Assembly (NCBI GenBank): GCA_038230035.1
Contig: JBBRNX010000009.1
Span: 11,882 to 75,881, forward strand
Direction of reading: 5' to 3'
From: Gaiellales bacterium
GTDB lineage: Bacteria > Actinomycetota > Thermoleophilia > Gaiellales > Gaiellaceae
Length of the DNA stretch: 64,000 nucleotides
Below the pieces are notes generated by a model that made no database searches, was not told the DNA's origin, and saw only the letters and a list, made by a program, of their open reading frames with translations. Shown here one piece after another: positions 9,173 to 19,551 of the stretch. Every line of letters begins with the position of its first letter. The stretch's first letter is position 1. The translations under genes were made by a program, and so were the position numbers.

Positions 9173-10831
9173 ATGAAACGGCAGTGGTCAACGCTGGTCG
9201 TGCTCGCGGGCTCGCTGGTGTTTCTGGCGAGCCTCTACCTGCCGTGGCAGCAAGCGACGTGCAACACACAGAGCGGCAGCTCCAAAGGACCTGGTGATGT
9301 CGCGGGACTCCTCAACCTGTTCTCGTCGTCATGTCAGACGATCGACCCGCTTCCGTTCGGCGGAGGCTCGGCTGCCGCACTGACCGCGCTTGCCCTCGCG
9401 GCTCTCGCCGTGATCGCGCTCGTGCGGCCGCAACTCGAAGATCGCCTCCCGATCGGCACGAGCGCTCTTGCGATGGGTTACTTCGCAACCGCCCTGACGC
9501 AAACGACAGCCTCTTGGGCAACGCGATTTCAAGTCTTCGGCGAATTTCACACCGCGTCCGGCACATTTATCGGGGTCGCGGCGGCAGCGCTTGCCTTTCT
9601 ATCTGCTGCAGTCCCGCGGAGGCGTGAACTCTTCTGGGATCGTTCGGCGCTCAGTCTCGTGAGGCTGGGGCTCGTTGGGTGCTATCTCGCAACTCTTTTG
9701 CTGCCGTGGCATTCGTCTACGCGGAACGGGCATGCCGAGATCACGGTGCTCGGCATCGAGGGCCTTGCCGGCACCCTTGCCGCAGGTTGCGTGCTGGTCC
9801 TACCGCTCGTCTGGTGGAGAGCCGATGGACGCTCTCGGGTTGACGGGATTCCTCTAGCGGCGACAGCAGCACTGCTGACAGGGGCAGCCATCACGATCGG
9901 CATAGTCGGGCTGGGTCGCACCGTCGTGCCGTGGGTTGCCGCCGGGCTCGCTTTGGCCCTTCTTGCCTCAGCGGCCGCGGGTGGCCGTCCGGTGACACCG
10001 TGGCTTTCGTTTCGAACTGCGATCGGAGCGGCCTCGCTCTCGGCGTTCATCGTAGGCATGTTCCTGCCGTGGCAGCAGGCGTGCGGCACCGAGATCAACA
10101 AAGCATTGTCTCATCGCTGCATCTCGGAGAACGGCTGGACGACGGCGACGACCGGATCGACGGCTGCGGCGCTCGCAATCGCACTCTTCGTCGTCCTCTG
10201 GATTCCGGGACACCTGCACGTGTTGGCCGTCGAACTCGCCGCAGGATTCGGGCTGCTCGTGGCGACCGCCGGTTTCGGGCGAGAGAGCCTTAGAGGCCCT
10301 GGGGACTATCGGCTCGACGTTGCCTACGGATCGACGGTTGCCTTCGTCGGGGCGGCGGCGCTCGTCCTACTTGCGTTGGCGGGGGTCCGCCTTTCGCCGC
10401 TCGACCGGCTCCGGATCCTCGAGAGAGCCATCCCGATCGCCGCGGCCATTTCATACATCGGCGTGATCGTTGTGCCGTGGTGGGACATCCTCCCTGAGCG
10501 TGTTGAGTCGGCGCTCTACTTCCCACCGTTCTCGTGGCCAACGATGATCGCGGAAGCCCTGATCGGAGTTCACCTTCTGGGCTACTGGGTTCGACGCGCT
10601 GCCGATCCAGTAGCGAGAAGGGACTGGCTCGTGGCACTGCCGCTTTTCCTGCTCGCGCTTGCCGCGCTCGATGTGATCATGCAACGCGAAGCGGGGATCA
10701 CGTGGCGTGGCGGGATCGTCGTCGGCCTCTGTCTCCTGCTCGCGTTCTTCGGCTACGCCGAGCGGCGCGGTGGCCTGCGCAAGCTCCGGATCCCCGAGAT
10801 CCTGCGCGTGGATCGGATCAGCGAGCCGTGA
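9173..10831 (+). CDS. Polytopic membrane protein of unknown function with internal repeats
   Basis: 552-aa hydrophobic ORF; repeated LPWQQ/LPW/VPWW units; TACGGT -10 6 nt before ATG. Confidence 0.7.
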   Translation: MKRQWSTLVVLAGSLVFLASLYLPWQQATCNTQSGSSKGPGDVAGLLNLFSSSCQTIDPLPFGGGSAAALTALALAALAVIALVRPQLEDRLPIGTSALAMGYFATALTQTTASWATRFQVFGEFHTASGTFIGVAAAALAFLSAAVPRRRELFWDRSALSLVRLGLVGCYLATLLLPWHSSTRNGHAEITVLGIEGLAGTLAAGCVLVLPLVWWRADGRSRVDGIPLAATAALLTGAAITIGIVGLGRTVVPWVAAGLALALLASAAAGGRPVTPWLSFRTAIGAASLSAFIVGMFLPWQQACGTEINKALSHRCISENGWTTATTGSTAAALAIALFVVLWIPGHLHVLAVELAAGFGLLVATAGFGRESLRGPGDYRLDVAYGSTVAFVGAAALVLLALAGVRLSPLDRLRILERAIPIAAAISYIGVIVVPWWDILPERVESALYFPPFSWPTMIAEALIGVHLLGYWVRRAADPVARRDWLVALPLFLLALAALDVIMQREAGITWRGGIVVGLCLLLAFFGYAERRGGLRKLRIPEILRVDRISEP

Positions 10832-11249
10832 TGTAGTCGGTCAAGTACTTGATCTGGACGCTCTGTTGCGTCGAGGTGAACTTGACGAGGTCGCCGATCG
10901 AGATCATTCCGACCAGCGCGCCACCGTCGACCACCGGTACGTGGCGGATCCGGCGCTCGGTCATGAGCGCCATGCACTCGTCGATGCCGGTGTCGGGGGT
11001 AACGCAGATCACCGGAGCGGACATGATCTCGCGCACGGGCGTCCCCGCATCGTCACGTCCCTCGACAGCCGCCCGGCGCAGGTAGTCACGCTCCGTGACA
11101 ATGCCGGTTATCTCGTCGCCATCGGTGACGAGGAGCGATCCGACGTTGGCCCCGACCATCGCCTTGACAGCGTCTAGGACGGAGGCGTCGCCGCCGATCT
11201 GCAGAACCTCTCGCTGCTTCCCCTGCAGGATGTCGGCGACCGCGCTCAC
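10818..11249 (-). CDS. CBS-domain protein
   Basis: VGSLLV..GIVTERDY, RIRHVPVV..GMISIGDLVK; GTG 11249 preferred over TTG 11258. Confidence 0.9.
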   Translation of the reverse strand: MSAVADILQGKQREVLQIGGDASVLDAVKAMVGANVGSLLVTDGDEITGIVTERDYLRRAAVEGRDDAGTPVREIMSAPVICVTPDTGIDECMALMTERRIRHVPVVDGGALVGMISIGDLVKFTSTQQSVQIKYLTDYITAR

Positions 11250-11275
11250 TCGCGGCAAATGCTACATCGGCCGAG

Positions 11276-11737
11276 CTAGGCGGCGAAGGTGCCGCGGCCG
11301 CTGATCGTCGCGGCGTAGATCAGGCAGTTGCCGAGAATCGTGCGACGGTGATGCGTCAGCGTCCCGTCGAACGTGCCGCCGTTGAACGTCACGCTCACTC
11401 GGTAGGTCTGGTTCGTGCAGCGGCTGCCGCGGTTCACGACCGTGACGCTGCCTCCCGTCACGGCTCCGCCGAGCCTCACGCCGGTGCGGCCGAGAATCGA
11501 GAACGTTCCGCCGGTGACCGCGACCGTCGGACCGGTCGAGAGCGGCTCGTGGACGATATGGGTTCGCCAGACCGCCGGTAGCTGGCCACGTGCGACGCCG
11601 ACGAACGTCCCGCGAACCGAGCTGACCGGGATGATCTCGGTGCCGGTGAACGAGTCGGAGTACGTGAATGAAGCCGATGCCGTCGCCGCCAGGGGGAAGG
11701 CGACGAGCAGTACGACGGCGACGGCAAGCGACTTCAC
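11276..11737 (-). CDS. Hypothetical secreted beta-rich protein
   Basis: Signal peptide MKSLAVAVVLLVAFPLAATASA; TAGCGT -10 6 nt upstream of GTG. Confidence 0.7.
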   Translation of the reverse strand: MKSLAVAVVLLVAFPLAATASASFTYSDSFTGTEIIPVSSVRGTFVGVARGQLPAVWRTHIVHEPLSTGPTVAVTGGTFSILGRTGVRLGGAVTGGSVTVVNRGSRCTNQTYRVSVTFNGGTFDGTLTHHRRTILGNCLIYAATISGRGTFAA

Positions 11738-11795
11738 AGGGCCACGCTAATCCTGAGCTGTGAGCCCAGCGTTAGCGATCTGATTGGATTGCGGC

Positions 11796-14060
11796 ATGAC
11801 CGCCGTCGAGGAGCCACGCACAGCGCAGTTCGTCCGACCGGACGGCAAGGAGAAAGTCACCGGAGCGGGTCGCTACACCGCCGACCTCACGCTCACCGGC
11901 CAGCTCGTCGCGAAGTTCCGCTACGCCGACCACACCCACGCGCGCATCCTGCGCATCGACGCGACGAAAGCGCGCGCACTGCCAGGCGTGCTCGCAGTCC
12001 TCACCCACGAAGATGTCCCGGATGTCCTCTACGGCGGCATGGTCAAGGACCGGCGGCTGTTCGCGAAGGAGAAGGTGCGTTTCGAGGGGGACGTCGTCGC
12101 CGGCGTCGCCGCGACCACCGCCGAGATCGCCGAGCGCGCCGCTGCGCTGATCGAGATCGACTACGAGCCGCTGCCCGCGATCACCGACTTCGAAGCCGCA
12201 GAGCACAACAGCGCGCTGGTTCACGAGGACTGGGAGAGCTACGACGCCGACGATGTGCTCCTCCGCGCGGGTAACCGGATGGGCTACTCGACGATCGTCA
12301 AAGGCGACGCCGAAGCAGCCATGTCCGCGGCGGACGTCGTCGTCCAGAGCCGCTTCGTGACCGACCCCGTGCAGGGCGTCCCGATCGAGCCGCGCGCTGT
12401 CATCGCGCAGTGGCAGGGCGACAAGGTAACGGTCTGGACGTCGACGCAGGTTCCGTACGCAGCACGCGGCGGAATCGCGCACACGCTGCAGATCCCGGAA
12501 TCGAACGTGCGCGTGATCGTGCCTCTGCTCGGCGGCGGCTTCGGCGCGAAGTGCGACTTCCACTACGAAGGCCACATCGCGGCGCTCGCCAAAGCTGCCG
12601 GCCGTCCGGTGAAGCTCGTCTTCACGCGGCGCGAGGAGTTCTTCGCCGTCGGCCACCGCCGCGAAGGAATGGTGATCGAGCTCGAGACCGGCGCCCGCTC
12701 CGACGGCACGCTGCTCGCGCGGCGCGGCCGGCTCGTCCTCGACAGCGGCGCCTACTGCGGCGAGGGCGGCTTCTTCGCACAGATGGCCGCGATGCATGCG
12801 CTCGGCCCGTACAAGATCGAGACCGCGGACATCGAGTCCTCGCTCAACTACTCCACCAACCAACCGTCGTCGTCGATCCGCGCGCCCACGGCGCCGCAAG
12901 TGTGCTGGGCGCTCGAGCAGCACATGGACGAACTCGCCGAAGCGCTCGGGATGGATCCGGTCGATCTTCGCCGGCACACACTCGTCGAGGAAGGCTCGGT
13001 CACCGCGACCGGCCAGGTGCTGGAGCGCATCGCGATGAAGGAGACCCTCGAGAAAGCGGTCGAGCTGATCGGCTACGGGAAGGAGCTGCCCGACGACGAG
13101 GCGATTGGCATCGCGGTCGGCTGGTGGCCATGCTTCACGGCGAGCTCGGGCGCCTACGTGAAGCTGAACGGCGACGGCTCCGGGACGATCATCACCGGCG
13201 CGCAGGAGAACGGCACCGGCGCGGTGATGGCGATGCCCAAGTACGTCGCCGAGGAGCTCGGCATGCAGCCGGAGGACTTCTCGATGCTCTATCAGGACAC
13301 CGACGCCGCCCCGTCGGACATGGGCTCGTGCGGCTCGCAGACGACGTTCAACAGCGGGCGCGCGGTGATCGCAGCGGCCGTCGATCTGCGCGACCAGCTG
13401 CTGGATGCTGCGTCCGAGAAGCTGGAAGCGGCGCGCGACGACCTCGAGCTCGTGGGCGGCGCGGTTCGCGTGAAGGGCTCGCCGGAGAAATCGGTCACGA
13501 TCGCGGACCTCGCCGGCAGCGGGACGTTCCACGGTAAGGGCGCGGGCGTGATTCCCGACGGGCCGGAGGCGTCGCCGGCCGAGGGCTGCCTCGGACGTCT
13601 CGGACTCGAGTCGTTCCATGCACCGCAGCTGATCGCGCACGCAGCGCGGGTGCGGGTGGATCGCGCGACCGGCGTCGTCCGCGTACTCCAGATCGCTGCC
13701 GCGCACGACTGCGGGCGGATCCTGAACCGGATAGGAGCCGACGGCCAGGTCTACGGCGGCGTCGTGATGGGCATCGGTCAGGCGCTCTCCGAAGGAACGC
13801 AGCTCGACGAGGACGGCCGCCAACGCAACGCCCATCTCACCGACTACAAACTCGTTACCGCGTCGGACGCGCCGCAGATCGACGTCGCCTGGATCGAGAC
13901 GGACACGCCGAACGCCGGGCCGAAGGGCTCGAAGGGCGTCGGCGAGCCGCCCTGCGTACCGACAGCCGGGGCGATCGCGAATGCCGTGGCGAAGGTGATC
14001 GGGTCGCGGGTGCGCGCATTGCCGATGACGCCGGAACGGGTCTGGGAGGCTGGGTCATGA
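11796..14060 (+). CDS. Xanthine dehydrogenase-family molybdopterin-binding subunit
   Basis: KVTGAGRYTAD, HARILRID, GGGFGAK, GAQENGTG, GSCGSQTT, AHDCGRILN, GGVVMGIG, KGVGEPP. Confidence 0.92.
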   Translation: MTAVEEPRTAQFVRPDGKEKVTGAGRYTADLTLTGQLVAKFRYADHTHARILRIDATKARALPGVLAVLTHEDVPDVLYGGMVKDRRLFAKEKVRFEGDVVAGVAATTAEIAERAAALIEIDYEPLPAITDFEAAEHNSALVHEDWESYDADDVLLRAGNRMGYSTIVKGDAEAAMSAADVVVQSRFVTDPVQGVPIEPRAVIAQWQGDKVTVWTSTQVPYAARGGIAHTLQIPESNVRVIVPLLGGGFGAKCDFHYEGHIAALAKAAGRPVKLVFTRREEFFAVGHRREGMVIELETGARSDGTLLARRGRLVLDSGAYCGEGGFFAQMAAMHALGPYKIETADIESSLNYSTNQPSSSIRAPTAPQVCWALEQHMDELAEALGMDPVDLRRHTLVEEGSVTATGQVLERIAMKETLEKAVELIGYGKELPDDEAIGIAVGWWPCFTASSGAYVKLNGDGSGTIITGAQENGTGAVMAMPKYVAEELGMQPEDFSMLYQDTDAAPSDMGSCGSQTTFNSGRAVIAAAVDLRDQLLDAASEKLEAARDDLELVGGAVRVKGSPEKSVTIADLAGSGTFHGKGAGVIPDGPEASPAEGCLGRLGLESFHAPQLIAHAARVRVDRATGVVRVLQIAAAHDCGRILNRIGADGQVYGGVVMGIGQALSEGTQLDEDGRQRNAHLTDYKLVTASDAPQIDVAWIETDTPNAGPKGSKGVGEPPCVPTAGAIANAVAKVIGSRVRALPMTPERVWEAGS

Positions 14061-14910
14061 GCGTCGTCTCGTATGTGAGCGCCGCTTCGATCGACGACGC
14101 CCTCGCCGCACTGGCAGGCGGCGCGCGACCTGTCGCCGGCGGAACCGACCTCGTCGTCGGCGCACGCTCGGGCAAGTCGACGCTGCCCGGGAGCCTTGTT
14201 GCGATCCACCGTCTGGTGGAGTTGCGCGGCGTCACGGTGACCGCAGACGGACTTCGACTCGGCGCGCTCGCGAGCCACGAGGCGATCTGCGCGAACGCCG
14301 AGGTTCAGGCGCACTACTCCGCACTTGCGGACGCATGCGCGATCGTCGGCTCGCACGCGACGCGCGCGCAGGGAACGCTCGGCGGCAACCTGATGAACGC
14401 GTCACCTGCGATGGAGACGGGCGGGCCGCTGATCTGCCTCAGCGCCACGGCAACACTGCGATCGGCAACCGGCGAGCGGACGATCGACGTGGCCGACCTG
14501 TTCACTGGCCCCGGGAAGACGGTCGCCGAGCCGGGCGAGCTGCTGATCTCCGTCGACGTGCCGGCGCCTGCGGCTGGAAGCGGCAGCGCGTATCTGCGAC
14601 TCGAGTACCGGCGGCAGATGGAGATCGCCGTCGTCGGCGCGAGCGCGCTCGTCACGGTCGACGACGGCAAATTCACTGATGCACGGATCGCGATGACCGC
14701 GCTGTCCCCGACGATCCGCCGCGTGCCCGAGGCCGAGGCGGCTCTCGTCGGCAGCGACGGCGGCGCGGCGGCGATCGCGGCTGCCGCCGCGGCGGTCTCG
14801 GCGGCGTCGATGCCGATCTCGGACGTGCGCGGCTCGGCCGACTACCGGCGGGCGATGGCGGCCGTCATTGCGAGCCGCGCCATCGAGCATGCGCTTGCGA
14901 GGGCCAGGGC

Positions 14911-14914
<4 letters not shown>
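14057..14914 (+). CDS. XDH-family FAD-binding subunit (CoxM/CutM-like)
   Basis: PVAGGTDLVV, GTLGGNLMNASPA, DVRGSADYRR. Confidence 0.9.
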
Positions 14915-15373
<459 letters not shown>

Positions 15374-15375
<2 letters not shown>

Positions 15376-15401
15376 CGAGGGCCGCTTTCGCAGCCCTCGT
15401 C
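15374..15401. terminator. Hairpin between the convergent XDH operon and glnII
   Basis: GACGAGGGC-N10-GCCCTCGTC 9-bp stem; no U-tract. Confidence 0.4.
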
Positions 15402-15412
15402 GACGTTGTGAG

Positions 15413-16477
15413 CTAGGCGACTGCCAGTTCGGCTTCCGTGATCGTCCCGTTCGAGCTCGCCGCGCGGACCGTCGCGATCGTCTCGATGATCCGGCCGGCG
15501 ATCCGGTACGGGTCGCCCTGCGAGTTGGGCCGGCGATCCTCGAGGTAGCCGCGGTACCCGTTCTCGACGAAGCTGTGCGGCACGCGCACCGACGCGCCAC
15601 GGTCGGCGACGCCGTAGTTGAAGGTGTCGATCGACTGCGTCTCGTGCAGGCCTGTCAGTCGCAGGTGGTTGTCCGGCCCGTAGACCGCGATGTGCTCCGC
15701 CTTGTTGTCGTCGAACGCCTCCATCAGCGCCTCGAAGTACTCCCGACCACCGATCTCGCGCATGTACTTCGTGGAGAAGTTCGCATGCATGCCTGAGCCG
15801 TTCCAGTCGACTTCGACGCCGAGCGGCTTGCAATGGAACTCAACGTCGACCTGGTAGCGCTCGCACAGCCGCAGGAGCAGATAGCGCGCAATCCAGACCT
15901 CGTCGGCGGCCCGCTTCGAGCCCTTGCCGAAGATCTGGAACTCCCACTGGCCTTTCGCGACCTCGGCGTTGACCCCCTGATGGCCGAGCCCTGCCTCGAG
16001 GCAAAGGTCGATGTGAGCGTCGACGATCTCGCGCGCGACGTCGCCCACGTTCTTGTAGCCGACGCCTGTGTAGTACTCGCCCTGCGGCGGCGGGAAGCCG
16101 CCACCCGCGGGAAAGCCGAGCGGTGCGCCGTCGCGATAGAGGAAATACTCCTGCTCGAACCCGAACCACGTGCCCGGGTCGTCTGCGATCCCGGCGCGGC
16201 TGTTGCTCGGATGCGGTGATCCGTCCGGGAGCATGACCTCGCACATCACCAGCGCCCCGTTCGAGCGCGCCGGATCCGGAAAGACGCTGACCGGCTTCAG
16301 GATGCAGTCGGAGTCGCTTCCGTCCGCCTGCCGGGTGGAGCTCCCGTCGAATCCCCAATGCGGGATCTGGTCGACGGTCGGGAAGCTCGCGAACTCGGCG
16401 ATCTTCGTCTTCGAACGGAGGTTCGGCGCGGGCTCGTAGCCGTCGAGCCAGATGTATTCGAGCTTCATCTTCGTCAT
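15413..16477 (-). CDS. glnII: Glutamine synthetase type II
   Basis: MTKMKLEYIWLDG, WGFDGSST, FEQEY, NAEVAKGQWEFQ, DWNGSGMHANFS, EDRRPNSQGDPY; about 354 aa; SD GGGAG before ATG 16477. Confidence 0.9.
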   Translation of the reverse strand: MTKMKLEYIWLDGYEPAPNLRSKTKIAEFASFPTVDQIPHWGFDGSSTRQADGSDSDCILKPVSVFPDPARSNGALVMCEVMLPDGSPHPSNSRAGIADDPGTWFGFEQEYFLYRDGAPLGFPAGGGFPPPQGEYYTGVGYKNVGDVAREIVDAHIDLCLEAGLGHQGVNAEVAKGQWEFQIFGKGSKRAADEVWIARYLLLRLCERYQVDVEFHCKPLGVEVDWNGSGMHANFSTKYMREIGGREYFEALMEAFDDNKAEHIAVYGPDNHLRLTGLHETQSIDTFNYGVADRGASVRVPHSFVENGYRGYLEDRRPNSQGDPYRIAGRIIETIATVRAASSNGTITEAELAVA

Positions 16478-16501
16478 CGGATCTCCCGGTTGTCGTGGAC
16501 C

Positions 16502-16535
16502 AATAAAAAAGCCCCAGGACTCGAAGTCCTGAGGC
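16502..16535 (-). terminator. Intrinsic terminator in the glnII 5' leader (attenuator)
   Basis: Minus strand GCCTCAGGAC-TTCGA-GTCCTGGGGC (10 bp, one G-U) followed by TTTTTTATT, upstream of the start codon. Confidence 0.8.
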
Positions 16536-16569
16536 GACATTGCCTCCAGCGCGGCGTTCGTTGCCGCGC
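16531..16569 (-). promoter_or_regulatory. ANTAR-like tandem hairpin element
   Basis: GCGCGGC-AACGAAC-GCCGCGC TG GAGGC-AATGTC-GCCTC; both loops have A1 and G4; hairpin 2 overlaps the terminator's 5' arm. Confidence 0.65.
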
Positions 16570-16660
16570 GCACGCCTACTTTAGACCAAGCGCGCCGACC
16601 GACGCAACCCTCAATCAGCTCGATGCGGGCAGAGGCGCCTGACGGGACACGCCTGCTGTG

Positions 16661-17028
16661 TCACAGCCCGAACCGTTCGTTCGTCTGTGGGTCGTAGAGG
16701 GCACAGCCAAAGCTGTTGGCGATGTCAATCATCTGATTCGCGCGTTCGTGGTCGAGCGGCCTCAACGTGATCCAGACGTATTGGCTCGTCCATGCGACCT
16801 CGAAGCTCGACATTTCGTCCGCGCTCATCCAATGGATCCACTCATCCTCCGGACCGTTCGGCTCCCGAACAGCCTCAGGGAATGCGCTCAGTAGTGCACT
16901 CAGGAAGTCATCGATCGGAAGATCCGGCAGCCCTTCCACCCTGCGGCCCTCGCTGAACGCGTCGAGAATCGCATCGGGTGGTCGGTCTCCGACTCGCCCT
17001 GGCGCCAAAACAGAAGGTCGTGACCCAC
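16661..17028 (-). pseudogene. Conserved-type hypothetical protein split by an apparent 1-nt deletion
   Basis: GTG 17028 behind GAGAGGA gives MGHDLLFWRQGESETDHP, then the sense continues in another frame as DAILDAFSEG..ALYDPQTNERFGL; shift at about 16976-16978. Confidence 0.5.
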
Positions 17029-17058
17029 CCGAAGGGTCCTCTCGCTCGGTGGTGCTCG

Positions 17059-18711
17059 CTACTCACTGACTTGGTGGCGGTAGAACGGTACTGGCTCCGG
17101 GGGTAGGGGGGTGTTGCCGAGGATCAGGTCTGCTGACTTCTCGGCGGTCATCATCACGGGCGCGTAGATGTTGCCGTTCGTCACGTAGGGGAAGACAGAC
17201 GCGTCGACGACGCGCAGGCCATCGAGGCCGTGCACGCGCATCGTCAGTGGGTCGACGACCGACTGCTCGCCCACGCCCATCGCACACGTGCACGAGGGGT
17301 GCAGCGCGGTCTCCGCGTCGCGCGCGACCCAGTCGAGGATCTCCTCGTCCGTCCCCACGCTCGGGCCGGGTGAGATCTCGCCTTCGCTGAACGGCTCGAA
17401 CGCCGACTGCTCGAGGATCGAGCGCGAGACGCGCACCGCCTCCACCCACTCTCGCTTGTCCTGCTCGGTCGACAGGTAGTTGAAACGCATTGCCGGATGG
17501 ACGCGCGGGTCGGTCGACGTGATCTTGAGCGAGCCGCGCGCATCCGAGTACATCGGGCCCACATGCACCTGGTAGCCATGCCCGCCGGCCGGCTGCGAGC
17601 CGTCGTAGCGGATCGCGATCGGCAGGAAGTGGAACATCAGGTTCGGGTAGGCGACGTCGTCGTTCGAGCGGACGAAGCCGCCGCCTTCGAAATGGTTCGT
17701 CGCGCCCGAGCCAGAGCGGAAGAACAGCCACCGGAAACCGACCCACGGGCGGTTCCGCCACTTCATCGCAGGCGCCACCGAGACCGGCTGCTTCGAGCCG
17801 TGCTGGATGTAGACCTCGAGATGGTCCTGCAGGTTCTCCCCGACGCCGGGCAGGTCGTGGACGACACCAACGCCAAGCGCTTCCAGCTCGGCGAACCGCC
17901 CGACCCCGGAGAGCTGCAACACCTGCGGCGAGTTGATCGCGCCGCCGCACAGAATCACCTCGCTCGCGCGTGCAACGTGTGCATCACCGCGACCGGTCGA
18001 GTACTCGACCCCGACCGCCCGCGTGCCTTCGAACACAACGCGTGTCACGAACGCGCGCGTCCTCACCTCGAGATTCGGCCGCCCCATGACCGGATGGAGG
18101 TAGGCGCGCGCCGCGCTCAGCCGTCGGCCGCGCCGGATGTTGCGATCGAAGGCGGCGAACCCCTCCTGCCGGTAGCCGTTCACGTCGTCGGTCAGCGGAT
18201 AGCCGGCCTCCTGCACAGCCTCGAAGAAGGCGCCGAAGAGCGGGTTCGTGACCGGGCCGCGCTCCAGTACGAGTGGCCCGTTGTGGCCGCGGAACGGATC
18301 GTCGTCCGCTGCAGCCAGGCAGGTCTCCATGCGCTTGAAGTACGGCAGGCAGTGGGCGTGGTCCCAGGTTTCCATCCCGGCGTCGGCGCCCCACCGCTCG
18401 AAGTCGAGCGGGTTGCCGCGCTGGAAGATCATCCCGTTGATCGACGAGGAGCCGCCGAGCACCTTGCCGCGCGCGTGGTAGATCCGCCGGCCGCCCATGA
18501 ACGGCTCGGGCTCCGACTCGTACTTCCAGTCGTAGAACTTGCTGCCGATCGGGAACGCGAGCGCCGAGGGCATGTGGATGAAGACGTCCCAGGGATAGTC
18601 AGACCGACCGGCTTCCAGGACGAGAACGCGCGTGGACGGGTCGACGCTGAGCCGGTTAGCTAGCGCGCACCCCGCGGAGCCGCCGCCGACGATGACGAAG
18701 TCGTAGTCCAA
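17059..18711 (-). CDS. betA: Choline dehydrogenase (GMC oxidoreductase)
   Basis: [61 protein letters not shown]; TTG start chosen. Confidence 0.9.
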   Translation of the reverse strand: MDYDFVIVGGGSAGCALANRLSVDPSTRVLVLEAGRSDYPWDVFIHMPSALAFPIGSKFYDWKYESEPEPFMGGRRIYHARGKVLGGSSSINGMIFQRGNPLDFERWGADAGMETWDHAHCLPYFKRMETCLAAADDDPFRGHNGPLVLERGPVTNPLFGAFFEAVQEAGYPLTDDVNGYRQEGFAAFDRNIRRGRRLSAARAYLHPVMGRPNLEVRTRAFVTRVVFEGTRAVGVEYSTGRGDAHVARASEVILCGGAINSPQVLQLSGVGRFAELEALGVGVVHDLPGVGENLQDHLEVYIQHGSKQPVSVAPAMKWRNRPWVGFRWLFFRSGSGATNHFEGGGFVRSNDDVAYPNLMFHFLPIAIRYDGSQPAGGHGYQVHVGPMYSDARGSLKITSTDPRVHPAMRFNYLSTEQDKREWVEAVRVSRSILEQSAFEPFSEGEISPGPSVGTDEEILDWVARDAETALHPSCTCAMGVGEQSVVDPLTMRVHGLDGLRVVDASVFPYVTNGNIYAPVMMTAEKSADLILGNTPLPPEPVPFYRHQVSE

Positions 18712-18724
18712 GGTAGGCGCGATG

Positions 18725-19546
18725 CTATCCCGCGAGTAACGCGACCCCCACGGCAACGACCACTGCGCCGGCCAGCCGGGCTCGGCCGACGTGCTCCTTC
18801 AGAAGCGGCGCGGCGAGGGCCGTCGCGATCACGATGCTCGTTTCACGCACCGCGGCGACCGACGCGGCCGACGCGCGCTCGAGCGCAGCCAGCACGAGCG
18901 CGTAGGCGCCGAACGATGCGAGGCCGGCGGCAATCGCGGGGAAACCGATCTCAGCGCGTAGCCGCGTCGACCCTCTGGCGATCAGCACGGCGCCCGCGTA
19001 GCCGATCGTCGCCGAGCCCATGCTCAGCTCGAGGTACGTGATTGGCGCCGCATACCGGATGCCATGCTTGTCGAGCAACGTGTACGCGGCGATCACCGCC
19101 GCGATCGCGAGCCCGAAGCGGACGCCGCCCGAGCCTGTGGGCCGCCGGAAGCCGCGAACCAAGATCACGCCCGCGGCGACGAGACACACGCCGACGACCT
19201 GTACGACCGACGTCGTCTGAGACAGCGCGGTCGCGCCGACGACCAGGACGAGCACCGGCGCGAGGCCACGCGCGAGTGGGTAGACGACCGATACCTCGGC
19301 GCGTCGATAGGCGGCCGTCAGCAGCGCGAAGTAGACGAGCTGGAGCACGGCTGTGACCGCAATGAAGGGCCACGCTCTGCTGTCCGCGCGCCACGTCACC
19401 GCGGTCACCGGTGCGAAGACGACGATCGCCGCGATGAGTGCGACTGCCGTTGCGCTCTCAATGTCTTTTGCACGCGCGAGGAGCAGGTTCCAGAAGGCGT
19501 GGAGCACGGCAGCCGCGAGCGCGAAGACGAGAGCGAGGAGCGGCAT
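18725..19546 (-). CDS. DMT/EamA-family transporter
   Basis: [28 protein letters not shown]; about 10 TM segments. Confidence 0.88.
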   Translation of the reverse strand: MPLLALVFALAAAVLHAFWNLLLARAKDIESATAVALIAAIVVFAPVTAVTWRADSRAWPFIAVTAVLQLVYFALLTAAYRRAEVSVVYPLARGLAPVLVLVVGATALSQTTSVVQVVGVCLVAAGVILVRGFRRPTGSGGVRFGLAIAAVIAAYTLLDKHGIRYAAPITYLELSMGSATIGYAGAVLIARGSTRLRAEIGFPAIAAGLASFGAYALVLAALERASAASVAAVRETSIVIATALAAPLLKEHVGRARLAGAVVVAVGVALLAG

Positions 19547-19551
19547 CGCTA

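Noticed and set aside
11772-13835. 687-aa antisense ORF, and similar long ORFs at 36140-38599, 49433-51079, 17497-18663, 62544-63683
   Set aside because: Shadow or alternative frames of well-supported genes; typical of high-GC codon bias, Arg/Pro/Ala-rich and without motifs.
16478-16600. glnA glutamine riboswitch
   Set aside because: No three-stem E-loop junction recognised; the tandem A1/G4 hairpins plus terminator fit ANTAR better.
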